A DNA stretch of 64,000 nucleotides from Promethearchaeota archaeon (GTDB lineage Archaea; Asgardarchaeota; Lokiarchaeia; Sigyniarchaeales; SOKP01). Each line of letters begins with the position of its first letter. The first letter of the stretch is position 1. This document shows, piece by piece, positions 1 to 10,355 of the stretch. The notes under the pieces were generated by a model that made no database searches, was not told the DNA's origin, and saw only the letters and a program-made list of their open reading frames with translations. Where the stretch lies: positions 32,001 to 96,000 of the forward strand of contig JAHLWS010000065.1 of assembly GCA_019057795.1 (NCBI GenBank), in the 5' to 3' direction. The translations under genes and the position numbers were made by a program.

Positions 1-2272
1 ATCGCTCTAAATTTTCCACGATTGATCTTTTCCAATTCTCGCTAATAGGAATTCCTTCATCATACCAAATATGTATACCCTTTTTATTAAGATAGTCTAT
101 TATTGGATATACTTGGAGTTTGTCTGTGTGAGAATAACTAACAAAAACAAATGGCTCATCTCCTTCATATGCTTCAAATGGCATTTGAAATTTCTGTGGA
201 TCGGAAAGAAAGCTCTCAACTATCAGGTTTTCAAGAGAAGGATGCTTATTTATTTCTATAACCTCATTTACATTTACAACATTTTTCAGGGTCTCCATAA
301 GACTAGAATCCTTTTTTAAATTCTCACAAAAATGATCTAATTTCTGCTTAGCACTATATGAATGACCTTGGAACATATAATAGATGCAAATATTTTCTAT
401 TGCTGATATAAGGATTGTGTATTGACCAAATTTCACACGATCAAAAGATTCGGAAAAAATTTGATCGCAAAATGCATTACAAGAAGAAAGAAACTCACCG
501 AAGTGGGACTCGTCGATAGTCATATCTGCTGTAAATGGACTGGATAATAAAACATCTCCCTCTTTTGTCATTATAGCAAATAATATAGGCTGTTCTGCAT
601 CTAACTTCGGAGGTTTTACTACACGTTTTCTGAGCATTTGTCCCATTTGATCGTTTAAACGAGCTAATTCTATACGCTCCTCTAAAGGCGCTTTTGAATC
701 TCTTAAGTGCTCCCATAAGTTTAGTTGATTAAGCAATTGATCGTGTTCACTTGATATCCTCATAGCTAAACGAGTAAGACCATATTTTTCAGCTATTTCT
801 TGAGCTTTAGCCAATAATCTTCGGGCTTCTTCTAGATTCAATGAGATTAATGCTAATTTAGCTTGTAGAAGATAAGTTTCCCCCAAAATCCAAAATGAAT
901 GTGATTTATCGGATAAATTTAATAGTTGGGTAATAAAAGGCTTGATCTCTTCTAAAATTTCTACTTCATTAGTCATTTGTAATTCAGCGAGGAGCAATTC
1001 ACATAAGTTAAGTAATGTTTTTAGTAAAATACCAATTTGTAAATCCTTTTCTTCAAGAATTTGCCTTAATAATTCTTCAGCTTTTACCCGATTGCGGGCT
1101 CGAGGACTGGTTTTCAATAGCAAAGCCTTATCAAAAAGATACACTAAATTAATAAATTTGTCTTTTAATTGACTGTTCAATTGCTCCAAATCACGAAGAG
1201 AATTCCGTGCTCGTTCAAGATCGCCCATATCAATTAATATCTGAATTAAAATGTTAAGGTTAAGAGCTAGTTCTCTTAAAACTCCTAACTCACGGCTTAA
1301 TCCCATAGATTGTTCTATACGCTCTAAAGCACGATCCAATTCTCCTTTCATTCGATAACTTTCAGATAAATTGTTAAAAACATAAATCATTAAGTATTTA
1401 TAGTTAAGTTCATTGTAAATTATCAAGCTTTGCTCAAAAAGCATAATACTACGATCCAATTCACCTCTCATTGCATAACTATCTCCCAAATCGCTAAGAA
1501 CCCTTGCTATCATAAATTTATTGTTAAGTTCATTGTAAATTATCAAGCTTTGCTCAAAAAGCATAATACTACGATCCAATTCACCTTTAACCAGATGTAC
1601 CCCTGCCATATAGTAAAGACAATATCCAATAACATTTTTATTACCACTTTCCTCGGCAAGAGCCAAGCCTTGCTTCAAGTATTTTAAAGCACGGTCAAAA
1701 TCACCTTTTAGATACGTAAATACATGGGCAATTCCTACAAGGGAACGCGCAATTTCTTTTTTAGCACTAAGTTCTTCTCGCAATGATATACTGAGCTCAA
1801 ACTGTTTTACTGCATGATCAGCCTCACTTTTTTGTTCGTAAGCCCATCCTTTCAGAAAAGCTATATACGCCTCTCTTTGCTTGTACTCTGCGGGTAATTC
1901 TAGTGTTAAAGTTTTTAGCAGTTCTTCTCCCTGCTTAATGATATCGTGAGCTTTATCCGTTGGACCTTGACCCATACGTAATAGAGCTAAAGCCATTATT
2001 AGTAAGATATCAACTGATAGAAGGTTATTTCCTAATCCTAAACTCTCTTTATATGTTTGTTCGGCAAGTTTTACACTATCTTCATATAAACCTCGCTCAC
2101 ATAAGAGCTCACATTTGAGGAAATAACATAAAACTATATCGTGAAGAGTGTGTCCTCCTTTTTCCTCAAAGCTCTTTATTAATTGCTCTGCTTCATCAAG
2201 CTTATATTCATCAATGAGTTGTTTTGCTCGAATTAATTCCTTAGGTTCTAAATAAGTCATATGTTTTTCCAT
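1..2272 (-). CDS. TPR-longin-like-TIR protein, paralog of 2476..4839 (3' end runs off the window)
   Basis: ATG at 2272 (MEKHMTYLEPKELIRAKQ...) is in frame with segments such as NLWEHLRDSKAPLEERIELARL...EQP that closely match the neighbouring gene. It is probably missing from the ORF track because no stop falls inside the window; not every codon was checked. Confidence 0.8.
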   Translation of the reverse strand, partial: MEKHMTYLEPKELIRAKQLIDEYKLDEAEQLIKSFEEKGGHTLHDIVLCYFLKCELLCERGLYEDSVKLAEQTYKESLGLGNNLLSVDILLIMALALLRMGQGPTDKAHDIIKQGEELLKTLTLELPAEYKQREAYIAFLKGWAYEQKSEADHAVKQFELSISLREELSAKKEIARSLVGIAHVFTYLKGDFDRALKYLKQGLALAEESGNKNVIGYCLYYMAGVHLVKGELDRSIMLFEQSLIIYNELNNKFMIARVLSDLGDSYAMRGELDRSIMLFEQSLIIYNELNYKYLMIYVFNNLSESYRMKGELDRALERIEQSMGLSRELGVLRELALNLNILIQILIDMGDLERARNSLRDLEQLNSQLKDKFINLVYLFDKALLLKTSPRARNRVKAEELLRQILEEKDLQIGILLKTLLNLCELLLAELQMTNEVEILEEIKPFITQLLNLSDKSHSFWILGETYLLQAKLALISLNLEEARRLLAKAQEIAEKYGLTRLAMRISSEHDQLLNQLNLWEHLRDSKAPLEERIELARLNDQMGQMLRKRVVKPPKLDAEQPILFAIMTKEGDVLLSSPFTADMTIDESHFGEFLSSCNAFCDQIFSESFDRVKFGQYTILISAIENICIYYMFQGHSYSAKQKLDHFCENLKKDSSLMETLKNVVNVNEVIEINKHPSLENLIVESFLSDPQKFQMPFEAYEGDEPFVFVSYSHTDKLQVYPIIDYLNKKGIHIWYDEGIPISENWKRSIVENLER
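1403..1586. repeat. Identical 64-bp direct repeat with 120-bp period (40-aa TPR unit duplication)
   Basis: 1403..1466 equals 1523..1586 (gttaagttcattgtaaattatcaagc...ccaattcacct). Confidence 0.9.
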
Positions 2273-2475
2273 AAATTATCGGTTTAAAAACTTGGATTTA
2301 TACTTTAAAAATACAATTAATATATTAAGTAATTAAGTCAATTACAATTTTAAATATAATACAATTTGTTTTCTCCAGTTATTTATATCATTTTCTTTTT
2401 TTCAATTTTTATATCCTTCTTTCAACTGATTATTAATTTATTCTTTAATAATTATTATTCGATTTTGCAAATCAT

Positions 2476-4839
2476 TCATCCATGAAGCACAGGAAACAGT
2501 GTATTTCTTAACTTATCATAAAATTCGGTTTCTGGCATGAGGTATTTTTTCATTGCTTGAATTTCATCCATATCAAACATTAGCTCATGAGGTAATTCTG
2601 TTTCTTTCAAATAAATCGTGAAAAATGGCTTATGCATTTTCATTGCATAATTAATTTCTTTCCTCACATATTCTGAATCTATTATATGAGGGGTTACAAA
2701 CACCAAAAAAGCATTACACTTATCTAAGTTTTCTACTATGGATTTCTTCCAATTCTCGCTAATAGGAATCCCTTCATCATACCAGATATTTAATCCAATT
2801 TTATTAAGATAATCTATAATAGGATAGACTTGGAGTTTGTCTGTATGAGAGTAGCTAGCAAAAACAAATGCCTCATCTCCTTCATATGCTTTAAATGGCA
2901 TTTGAAATTTGTGTGGATCAGATAGAAAACTCTCAACAATTAATTCCTCAAGAGAAGGATGTTCATTTATTGATATAATCTTATTCTCGTTAACAATATT
3001 TCCCAGAAATTTCATTAAAGTGGGATCTTTTTTAATTGCATCACAGAAATGGGTTAATTTCTGCTGAGCACTATATGAATGTCCTTGGAACATATAATAG
3101 ATGCAAATATGTTCTATTGCTGATATAAGGATTGTGTATTGACCAAATTTCACACGATCAAACGATTCTGAAAAAATTTGATCACAAAAAGTCATACAAG
3201 AGGTTAAAAACTCACCGAAGTGGGTCTCATCAATAGTCATATCCGCAGTAAAGGGGCAGGATAACACCATCTCACCCTCTTTTGTCATTATAGCAAATAA
3301 TATAGGCTGTTCTGCTTCCAATTTTGGATATTCCATCACACGTTTCTTGGTCATGTGTTTTATTTGATTAGCCAAACGAGCTAATTCTATACGTTCTCCC
3401 ATAGGGGCATTTGATTCTCTTAATCCCTCCCACACACTCAATTCATTTAATAATTTATCATGTTCTTCTGAAATACTCATAGCTAACCTATTAAGACCAA
3501 ATTTTTCAGCAATTTGCTGTCCTTTAGCCAATAATCGTCTAGCTTCTTCCAGGTTAGATGATATTAAAACCATTTTTGCTTGTAATAGATACGCTTCGGC
3601 TTGAAGCGAGTATGAATGTGTTTTTTCGGCAATATTTAATAGTCGACCAATATAATCTTTTATTTCATCCACGATTTCCATATCGTTGGTATTACGTAAA
3701 TCTACTAAGAGTATGTCACAAAGATTAATTATAGCAATTTTTTGCCCAGCATCCTCTTCAATTACCTCTTTTAATAATTTTTGAGCCTTAGCTAAATTGC
3801 TAATTCGCGGTTTAGTTTTCAACAATAAAGCTTTGCTTACACGATATAGTCTATTAACCCCTTTATTTTGTGTTTGATCGGAAATTTCTTTTATCTGTTG
3901 TAAGTATTCCTCTGCTTGGTTAATCTCATTTTTACTTATAGTTATTCGTAATAATGTGTACATAAATGAAGCGAGAAAAGGAATATTATGACCGACTTGC
4001 CTATACAATGTCAAACCCCGTTCACTAAATATTAAAGCTTGATCAAAATCACCTTGGCTATAATAAATATTGCCAATGCAGTCTAAAAAATATGCGATAT
4101 TTATTTTACCGCTATTAAGTTTCTCAGCAAGCGCTAAACCTCGTTTATAGTAGATGAGGGCATGATCCAATTCACCTCTTTGATTATAAAAAAATCCCAT
4201 ATGATAGAAAAGCCATGTAAGAAACGCATTAAAACCTTTTTCTTCAAGTGCAAGAGCTTTATCATAGTATTTCAGAGCTTGTTCCCAATCACCTTGAGAT
4301 AAGTAATTTAACCCAATATATTGATAAAATCGTGCAATTTCATGCTTATTACCTAGTTTTTTTTGCAGTGCTAATCCATATTTAAGATATTTTAAACTAA
4401 GCTCTAAATCCCTTTCAAGATAATTATCCACATTAATATAACCTTTTATAAGAGCAATAGCAGATTCTATCCTGTTGTGTTCAATTGTCGTTTCTAGAGT
4501 AATAGTTTTAAAAAATTTTTCACATTTCATAATCACCTCAAGACTCTCGTTATATCTCTCAAGATACATAAAAGCCTCAGCCATTTCAATGGATACATCA
4601 ATTGATTGGATAGGAGTTCCTAATTTTTCAGCGTCTTTATAAGTTTTTTTGGCAAGTTTGAGAGCATCTTCATGGAACCCTAGCTTGTTTAGGAGAGTAC
4701 ACTTAATGATATTGTTGGAAAGTTGATCTTGAGATGTAATACCTTCATTTTTCTCTATTTCTTTGATTATCTTAAAGGCTTCAATAAATTTACCTTCTTC
4801 CTTAAGATGTTTTGCTTGAAGCAATTCTTCAGGATCCAA
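2476..4839 (-). CDS. TPR-repeat protein with longin-like middle domain and C-terminal TIR domain
   Basis: TPR repeats (IGLNYLSQGDWEQALKYY); TIR motif FVFASYSHTD...IWYDEGI...SEYVRKEINYA; TTG start. Confidence 0.85.
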   Translation of the reverse strand: MDPEELLQAKHLKEEGKFIEAFKIIKEIEKNEGITSQDQLSNNIIKCTLLNKLGFHEDALKLAKKTYKDAEKLGTPIQSIDVSIEMAEAFMYLERYNESLEVIMKCEKFFKTITLETTIEHNRIESAIALIKGYINVDNYLERDLELSLKYLKYGLALQKKLGNKHEIARFYQYIGLNYLSQGDWEQALKYYDKALALEEKGFNAFLTWLFYHMGFFYNQRGELDHALIYYKRGLALAEKLNSGKINIAYFLDCIGNIYYSQGDFDQALIFSERGLTLYRQVGHNIPFLASFMYTLLRITISKNEINQAEEYLQQIKEISDQTQNKGVNRLYRVSKALLLKTKPRISNLAKAQKLLKEVIEEDAGQKIAIINLCDILLVDLRNTNDMEIVDEIKDYIGRLLNIAEKTHSYSLQAEAYLLQAKMVLISSNLEEARRLLAKGQQIAEKFGLNRLAMSISEEHDKLLNELSVWEGLRESNAPMGERIELARLANQIKHMTKKRVMEYPKLEAEQPILFAIMTKEGEMVLSCPFTADMTIDETHFGEFLTSCMTFCDQIFSESFDRVKFGQYTILISAIEHICIYYMFQGHSYSAQQKLTHFCDAIKKDPTLMKFLGNIVNENKIISINEHPSLEELIVESFLSDPHKFQMPFKAYEGDEAFVFASYSHTDKLQVYPIIDYLNKIGLNIWYDEGIPISENWKKSIVENLDKCNAFLVFVTPHIIDSEYVRKEINYAMKMHKPFFTIYLKETELPHELMFDMDEIQAMKKYLMPETEFYDKLRNTLFPVLHG

Positions 4840-5100
4840 CTAAGACCTCTCTATATAAAGATTTGATTTGTTTAGATTATAAATTTTTAAATACAATTAA
4901 TATATAAGGGTAATTACTATTTTAAATGTAATTAAGGTTAATGAGTTGTTGGTGAAATAGAAAAAAAGAATTAAAAAAATTATAGTCCCAGAAAATAATG
5001 AAGAATTAGATGATGATCATTTTTAAAATTTTGAGAAACAATAAAATAAGACTTATCAATTCTATAAAAATAAAAATACAACAGGACTTCATTAGTGGGG

Positions 5101-6150
5101 CTAGGGTGAGAACCAATTTCCCCCCTTCATTTTTGATTCTTTGAGGACCTCTCTATCATAGGCACCGAATTCTTCCTCGGCCCTGTTGATGTAAGCATTA
5201 AATCCCTTGAAATCGAATCCGGCGAGGTTGCAGAGGATAGCGTCTAGGGACACGAGGTCTCTGCCAAAGGCCACAACCCCCAAGCCCTCTATAATGTTGT
5301 ATTTGCGCTTGAACATATCTTCAAACTTACCTTCAGGATGGAGGACGGCCGTGTTGTTCAACGCTTCACAAATCCCGTAAATGTTGAAGAGAGAGTGGTA
5401 AATTTTGTTAATGTCGACGATACTCTTTGCAAGCATGCTATTTTCTGGTCCATGCCACCATGGCCTCCATGGATCGGGTATCATTCCGAAAAGGTTCTTC
5501 AAAGTGAATGTGTTGAAGTGTTTCAGTTTAGCTAAGCTGATGAACGTCGATCCACGCAGGTCGTAAAGTCTTTTCGGTATCATACTATAAAGCTTGTCTA
5601 TTTGAACCGGTTTGAAACGTGTCTCCACTATCCTCTTTACTTCTGTTGGATCTGCTATCCTTCCACTCCAAACTTCATCGGTCACGCAGATGTAACTGAC
5701 ATTGAACTCCTTGAAGAGATCTGTGAACCCATATCTGCCAAGGAAGGCTTTATCCTCCTTCTTGATCTGATCCCAGTATCCACCTTTCTTAAACCAGTCC
5801 CAATCCGGGTTTTCGATAAACCAGTTCCAACCGCCGCCATCTATTATCCACTTTAAGTTCACCTCCTTGTCCTCGACGACGAAGCTCATCCCCTCCTTTA
5901 GGAGTTCATTAACCACGTGTGTGGAGGATTCCGTGACCACGATATGGGCGTCAAGTGCCTCCAATATCGTTCTCAAAGTCTTGGAATCGATGAAATGTGC
6001 TGGTTCTGTTGATACCCAGTTTGGTTTGATGATGATGGTCTCGGATTCGAGCCAAGGGTCAATCAATAGCTGCTTTAATTCATCGGAGTTGCTTACTTTC
6101 GCTATGGTTATCTGACCGAACTTGTGATAGGGAACAGACATGTTCAACAT
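5101..6150 (-). CDS. DUF362-family protein (higher GC than flanks)
   Basis: Motifs IIIKPNWV, LAKLKH, TLKNLFG..P, WHG and DLVSLD. Confidence 0.75.
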   Translation of the reverse strand: MLNMSVPYHKFGQITIAKVSNSDELKQLLIDPWLESETIIIKPNWVSTEPAHFIDSKTLRTILEALDAHIVVTESSTHVVNELLKEGMSFVVEDKEVNLKWIIDGGGWNWFIENPDWDWFKKGGYWDQIKKEDKAFLGRYGFTDLFKEFNVSYICVTDEVWSGRIADPTEVKRIVETRFKPVQIDKLYSMIPKRLYDLRGSTFISLAKLKHFNTFTLKNLFGMIPDPWRPWWHGPENSMLAKSIVDINKIYHSLFNIYGICEALNNTAVLHPEGKFEDMFKRKYNIIEGLGVVAFGRDLVSLDAILCNLAGFDFKGFNAYINRAEEEFGAYDREVLKESKMKGGNWFSP

Positions 6151-6570
6151 ATAGTTTTTAAATGAGTTTAGCTAATTCTTTAGGGTCTGAATGAGACATT
6201 TAATCATCTTTACTTAATAGATTTGATAAATAAACTTGGATTAGTTTTTTTTATACAATAGAAATATTAAGATAACAAAAATTATAAATATCTTCTTTTC
6301 TCTTTTAATCATCTCGATTGATTATATGTTCAGAAAATGGTTTGATATTTTTTAGAGATTAAATGGTGCGAATTGTATAAATTGTAAAAAAAAATCATTT
6401 TCGTATTTCTTAGAAAAACCTTTAAATCTAGAATAATTGAGAATGAGATCACAGAGAAAATTGATTTTAAGCGTAAATTTTTTTTTATTTTCTTTTTTAG
6501 GATTTCTCTCTTTTAAAAATACGAAAACGCTTTAAAATTTAAAAAAGAACATTAAAAATAAGAAAAAAAG

Positions 6571-7308
6571 TTAAGGCATTGTTATAATGTTAGTATCTTC
6601 GTCAAGATTTATTATACCCTTTACTGCAAGCTGTTTAATAGTTCTAACAGCCATAATTGGAGGAACATCAAGCAGTTTTTTCAAGTCATTAAGATTACAG
6701 CTACCTTGAGCCATAATAGTGGCTATTATATCAACCTCAGGAAAATCTTCTTTAGAATTTTCTATTAAAAACGATGTAAAGTAGCTATCCCTTTTTAAAT
6801 AAGTTAGTTTTTTATTTAAATCTTCCATCTTTTGCCCTGTATATGTTGTTTTTAGTTGATTTTCCTTGTTTTCGTTATCGATCTTTTTCTGGTCTAACTG
6901 TGACTTTTCTAACTCTTTTGAAGCGATTTTTTCGTTTATGGTATTTAACTTCGATAAATTGTTTTCAAGCTCAACTTTAGGTGTCTTGAGATCGTCATTT
7001 ATACTCTCTAAAGTGCCTTTTAATTCCGAAACTTTTGATAAGGATTCGTCCTTTGTAGATTTTAAGCTTTCAAGTTTTTTATTTAAATCATCTGCTTTAA
7101 TTTTTAATCCAGTTAATTCATTCTTTTGAATTTCAATATTTCTTTCTATTTTTTGGAGATCATCATGCTCTAATTTCATCAATTTCCATGTTGAGCTTAA
7201 ATTTTGAATAATATTTTCGCAATTTTTTTGAAAGGCTTGCTGATATTCGTCAAAATATTTTTCAAGTTGTTCAATTGATCCTAAAATATCTTTTAAACTT
7301 GAACTCAT
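6571..7308 (-). CDS. Coiled-coil protein with C-terminal winged-helix domain
   Basis: Long heptad region, then GSCNLNDLKKLLDVPPIMAVRTIKQLAVKGII (wHTH-like). Confidence 0.65.
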   Translation of the reverse strand: MSSSLKDILGSIEQLEKYFDEYQQAFQKNCENIIQNLSSTWKLMKLEHDDLQKIERNIEIQKNELTGLKIKADDLNKKLESLKSTKDESLSKVSELKGTLESINDDLKTPKVELENNLSKLNTINEKIASKELEKSQLDQKKIDNENKENQLKTTYTGQKMEDLNKKLTYLKRDSYFTSFLIENSKEDFPEVDIIATIMAQGSCNLNDLKKLLDVPPIMAVRTIKQLAVKGIINLDEDTNIITMP

Positions 7309-8063
7309 TAGAAATCAACCTCCTCTTTTAGGGTTATCGTTCCATCCGTTGGATTATATTCGATTGGTCCGTTATCTTCAAGCATTTTTACTATAATTTT
7401 TTTGGCTTGGTCTTCTCTCATATCAATTGCAACTAATATATTTTTTAAATCTAAAGCACTTCCTAATTGTAAGGCTTTGATAAACTGAAATAATGAAGAG
7501 TTTATGTATTTCTTATTAATTAAAATTTTCATGGCAGCTACTCTATTTTCGTACGATTGAACGAATTTTTCCTTCTTTATAAAAGTATTTTCAAGCTCAG
7601 CTTCTAATGCGTTTAATTCTACTTCAAATTTTTCAATTTCTTTATATAAAGTAAACAATCTATCCTCAAGTTCTCTTAGACGCTGATCCCGACTTATTAA
7701 TTCTTCTTGTTTCAATTTAATGATCTGTTGTGTCTCATTCAACTCATTTTGTTTTTCCTGAATTTTTTGTAATAATTCTTGGCGCTTTTTCGTTAATTCA
7801 GCATTATCTTCTTCAAACTTTACGATATCTCGTTGATTTTGAGAAATCTCATTCTTGAAAGAATTAATTTCTTCATTGTTAGATTCTATAGTTTTCATTA
7901 GGTTGTTTTTTTCATCTTCGTATTTTTCTAACCCTTCAAGAATGCTTTCGGGTTGCATTCTTAATTTCGGTATATAATCGCTATTTAATCCGCTAATATC
8001 TACAATTATCGAAGTCATTTTCTTTAAAGATGTTTTAGCATCTAATATTGGTACCTCACTCAT
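7308..8063 (-). CDS. Coiled-coil protein with C-terminal winged-helix-like domain
   Basis: Heptad region plus LDLKNILVAIDMREDQAKKIIVKMLEDNGPIEY; its stop overlaps the next start. Confidence 0.6.
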   Translation of the reverse strand: MSEVPILDAKTSLKKMTSIIVDISGLNSDYIPKLRMQPESILEGLEKYEDEKNNLMKTIESNNEEINSFKNEISQNQRDIVKFEEDNAELTKKRQELLQKIQEKQNELNETQQIIKLKQEELISRDQRLRELEDRLFTLYKEIEKFEVELNALEAELENTFIKKEKFVQSYENRVAAMKILINKKYINSSLFQFIKALQLGSALDLKNILVAIDMREDQAKKIIVKMLEDNGPIEYNPTDGTITLKEEVDF

Positions 8064-8166
8064 ACTAATTTCTCCTAGATATTTTAAACTAAATTATAAT
8101 TTATTTATAGAGTATGCATTATTAAATTTGCATTTTCCCAAAACTTTATATAATTAAATTGAAAAA

Positions 8167-9003
8167 TTACATTTCTTTTGAGATATTTTTTATGAAGTTT
8201 TCCTTTTTGAGATTTAAATTGATCCCTCTTCTTCTCATTACTATATTTAAATTCTCAATAAGTTTCTCTGTGAAATATTTAAAATTAAAATGAAATGTAG
8301 GGTTTTTCCGGTAATAGCTTTTTAAAAAGAGGTTTAATAGCTCAATTTTGGATTTAGGATTATCCATTTCAAAAATTCCGGGATTGGTATCAAGTAAAGA
8401 GCAGCAAACCCATGCGATGTCGTCAATGTGATTTCCTTCGTAAGATTCTTCGAAATCCATACCATACAATTCGTTATTTGAAGGATTATATATGAAATCT
8501 CTTAGACGAGTGTCGCCTTTATTTAGAACTATAATTTCTGAAAGCTCGTTCTTCCCAATCGTATTATTTGTATGTAATTGAGTAAACCAATCTGCTAATT
8601 TTTCAACACAAATAATAATCTCTTTTTTAACAGCAGCGTCTAACTCGTTTAAATCAGCAACATCAACTAACTTATCGTTAATGTAATCGCATAAATTAAC
8701 CCCTTCCGCTTTTCCAAGGAATAAATAAGGTTTTTTATAAAATAATATATCGGGGATTAATAACTTTTGTTTCTTCAATCGTTTTAAAGTATTATATTCA
8801 TTATCGGCATTTTTAGTTCTAAATATTTTAACTATCGTTTCTTTAGGTAGTCTTTCCGTTTCTTTGTTAAAAATTAAGCTGATAACTGTATTTTGCTTAC
8901 TTTGTAAGGGAGATATAACAAAATGATTAAATTTATCAACCAATTCAGGAAGTTCTTCTCTAAGATCGGTAATGATTTCCTTTCTAATTTTTAAAAGCTC
9001 CAT
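8167..9003 (-). CDS. Atypical protein-kinase-like / phosphotransferase (APH/Bud32-like fold)
   Basis: IVKIF, E..TL, KGDTRLRDF (catalytic-loop-like), MDFE and DDIAW motifs. Confidence 0.6.
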   Translation of the reverse strand: MELLKIRKEIITDLREELPELVDKFNHFVISPLQSKQNTVISLIFNKETERLPKETIVKIFRTKNADNEYNTLKRLKKQKLLIPDILFYKKPYLFLGKAEGVNLCDYINDKLVDVADLNELDAAVKKEIIICVEKLADWFTQLHTNNTIGKNELSEIIVLNKGDTRLRDFIYNPSNNELYGMDFEESYEGNHIDDIAWVCCSLLDTNPGIFEMDNPKSKIELLNLFLKSYYRKNPTFHFNFKYFTEKLIENLNIVMRRRGINLNLKKENFIKNISKEM

Positions 9004-9235
9004 CTTGATAAAACGAAAATAAAACGGTGATTAATATATTCTGATTTATGGAACGCTGTAATTTAATAATAAATATCAAATATTTATATTAAATTTCTGT
9101 ATTAGTTTTTTGAAACTTTATTAAAATATTATTATTAGAATAATAAGTGAAGATGTTCAAGGCAAATATTATATGATTTATGAAATATCATAGTAATAAA
9201 TTAAAGTCTAGATTAAATTTATTCCTTGATGAGAT

Positions 9236-10114
9236 ATGGAAAAACAATATAAAATTGGGATTTTTTACGGACCGGCTCCAGATACAGAAATGTTAGCCCA
9301 AAAATTTGTTGGCAACCTTATCAACGACGATGAATTTTGTAAAGCATGTGAATTGCTCGAGCAAAAAGTTAAATGCGATCACTGTAGAGAACATTTAAGA
9401 AACTTTTCAAGTTCGGTTTATTTTTAGGATAAAATAGGAGAAAATATCCCAGATTTTATTGAAAACCCTGAAGAGTTTTTGCCAAAAACTATACCCCCAG
9501 TAGATTTTTTGATGGTAGTTGGAATTCATCAAGACTTACTTTCAGAATTACCAGAGTATTTGAAAGATAAAAAAATTAAAGCGGTAATTATCCCTATTGA
9601 GAATCCTAAATGGGTGCCCCCAGGATTACAAGTACAAGTATTAGAAGATTTTGAAAGATTGGGAATTCAAGCAGCGTTTCCAAAACCTTTTTGTTCATTG
9701 AGTAAAGAACTGAACGAATACATCAAAGTAGGGTTTAATCTCACTAAAAACCACGATTATATTATTGAATTTATTGATTATTACAAAATTGGAGAACCCA
9801 TTGTTTCATTCATTTTGAGCGACGATGGAAAAGCAATTTTGGATACATGCGTTTTACAAAGCGCACCATGCGGCTCTACATTCTATATCCTCCAACAATT
9901 GAAAGCTAAATATATTGATGACGATGAATTAAGTTTAAACGAAAGAATTAGTAAAGCTCATCATTCCTATCCTTGCAATGCATCAATGGATAAAGATTTA
10001 ATATTAAAAGATTCAATACTCCATATAGGTGGAATTCTCGTAAGAAACGCGGTTAGAAACGAATTGGGGCTTAAAGAACATGAAGGTCGTAAAATGGCAT
10101 ATGTCGCCCCTTAA
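9236..10114 (+). pseudogene. DUF166-family protein interrupted by in-frame TAG at 9425-9427
   Basis: ORFs 9236..9427 and 9479..10114 share a frame. The linker reads VYF*DKIGENIPDFIENPEEFLP; motifs PKPFCSL, SAPCGST, HHSYPC.ASM. Confidence 0.65.
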
Positions 10115-10355
10115 TTTTAACCATTTTTACTATTTTTAAAACATAATTCACGCTTCGTAATAATATTTAATATGGCAATTTATATTTTATAAAAAGAACT
10201 TGAGTTTTGATCAATAAAATTAGTAGCTAAAATTAAATCTGTTAATCTTTTAATAGTTTAACAGCTAACACTAATATATTCACATTTTTAACGGAAGTTA
10301 GCTCGTTTTTATTATATAATATGAACCTTTTTAGACGTAATTAAATTCATTAATC

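Noticed and set aside
71-1687. Short ORFs 71..319, 495..716, 942..1172 and 1430..1687, and similar overlapping ORFs elsewhere
   Set aside because: They are shadow or alternate-frame ORFs overlapping well-supported genes.
9411-9444. Possible 27-nt BHB intron removing the TAG in the DUF166 gene
   Set aside because: The stem is weak and AU-only, the 5' bulge is GGU rather than AAA, and excision would delete residues that look like normal DUF166 sequence.
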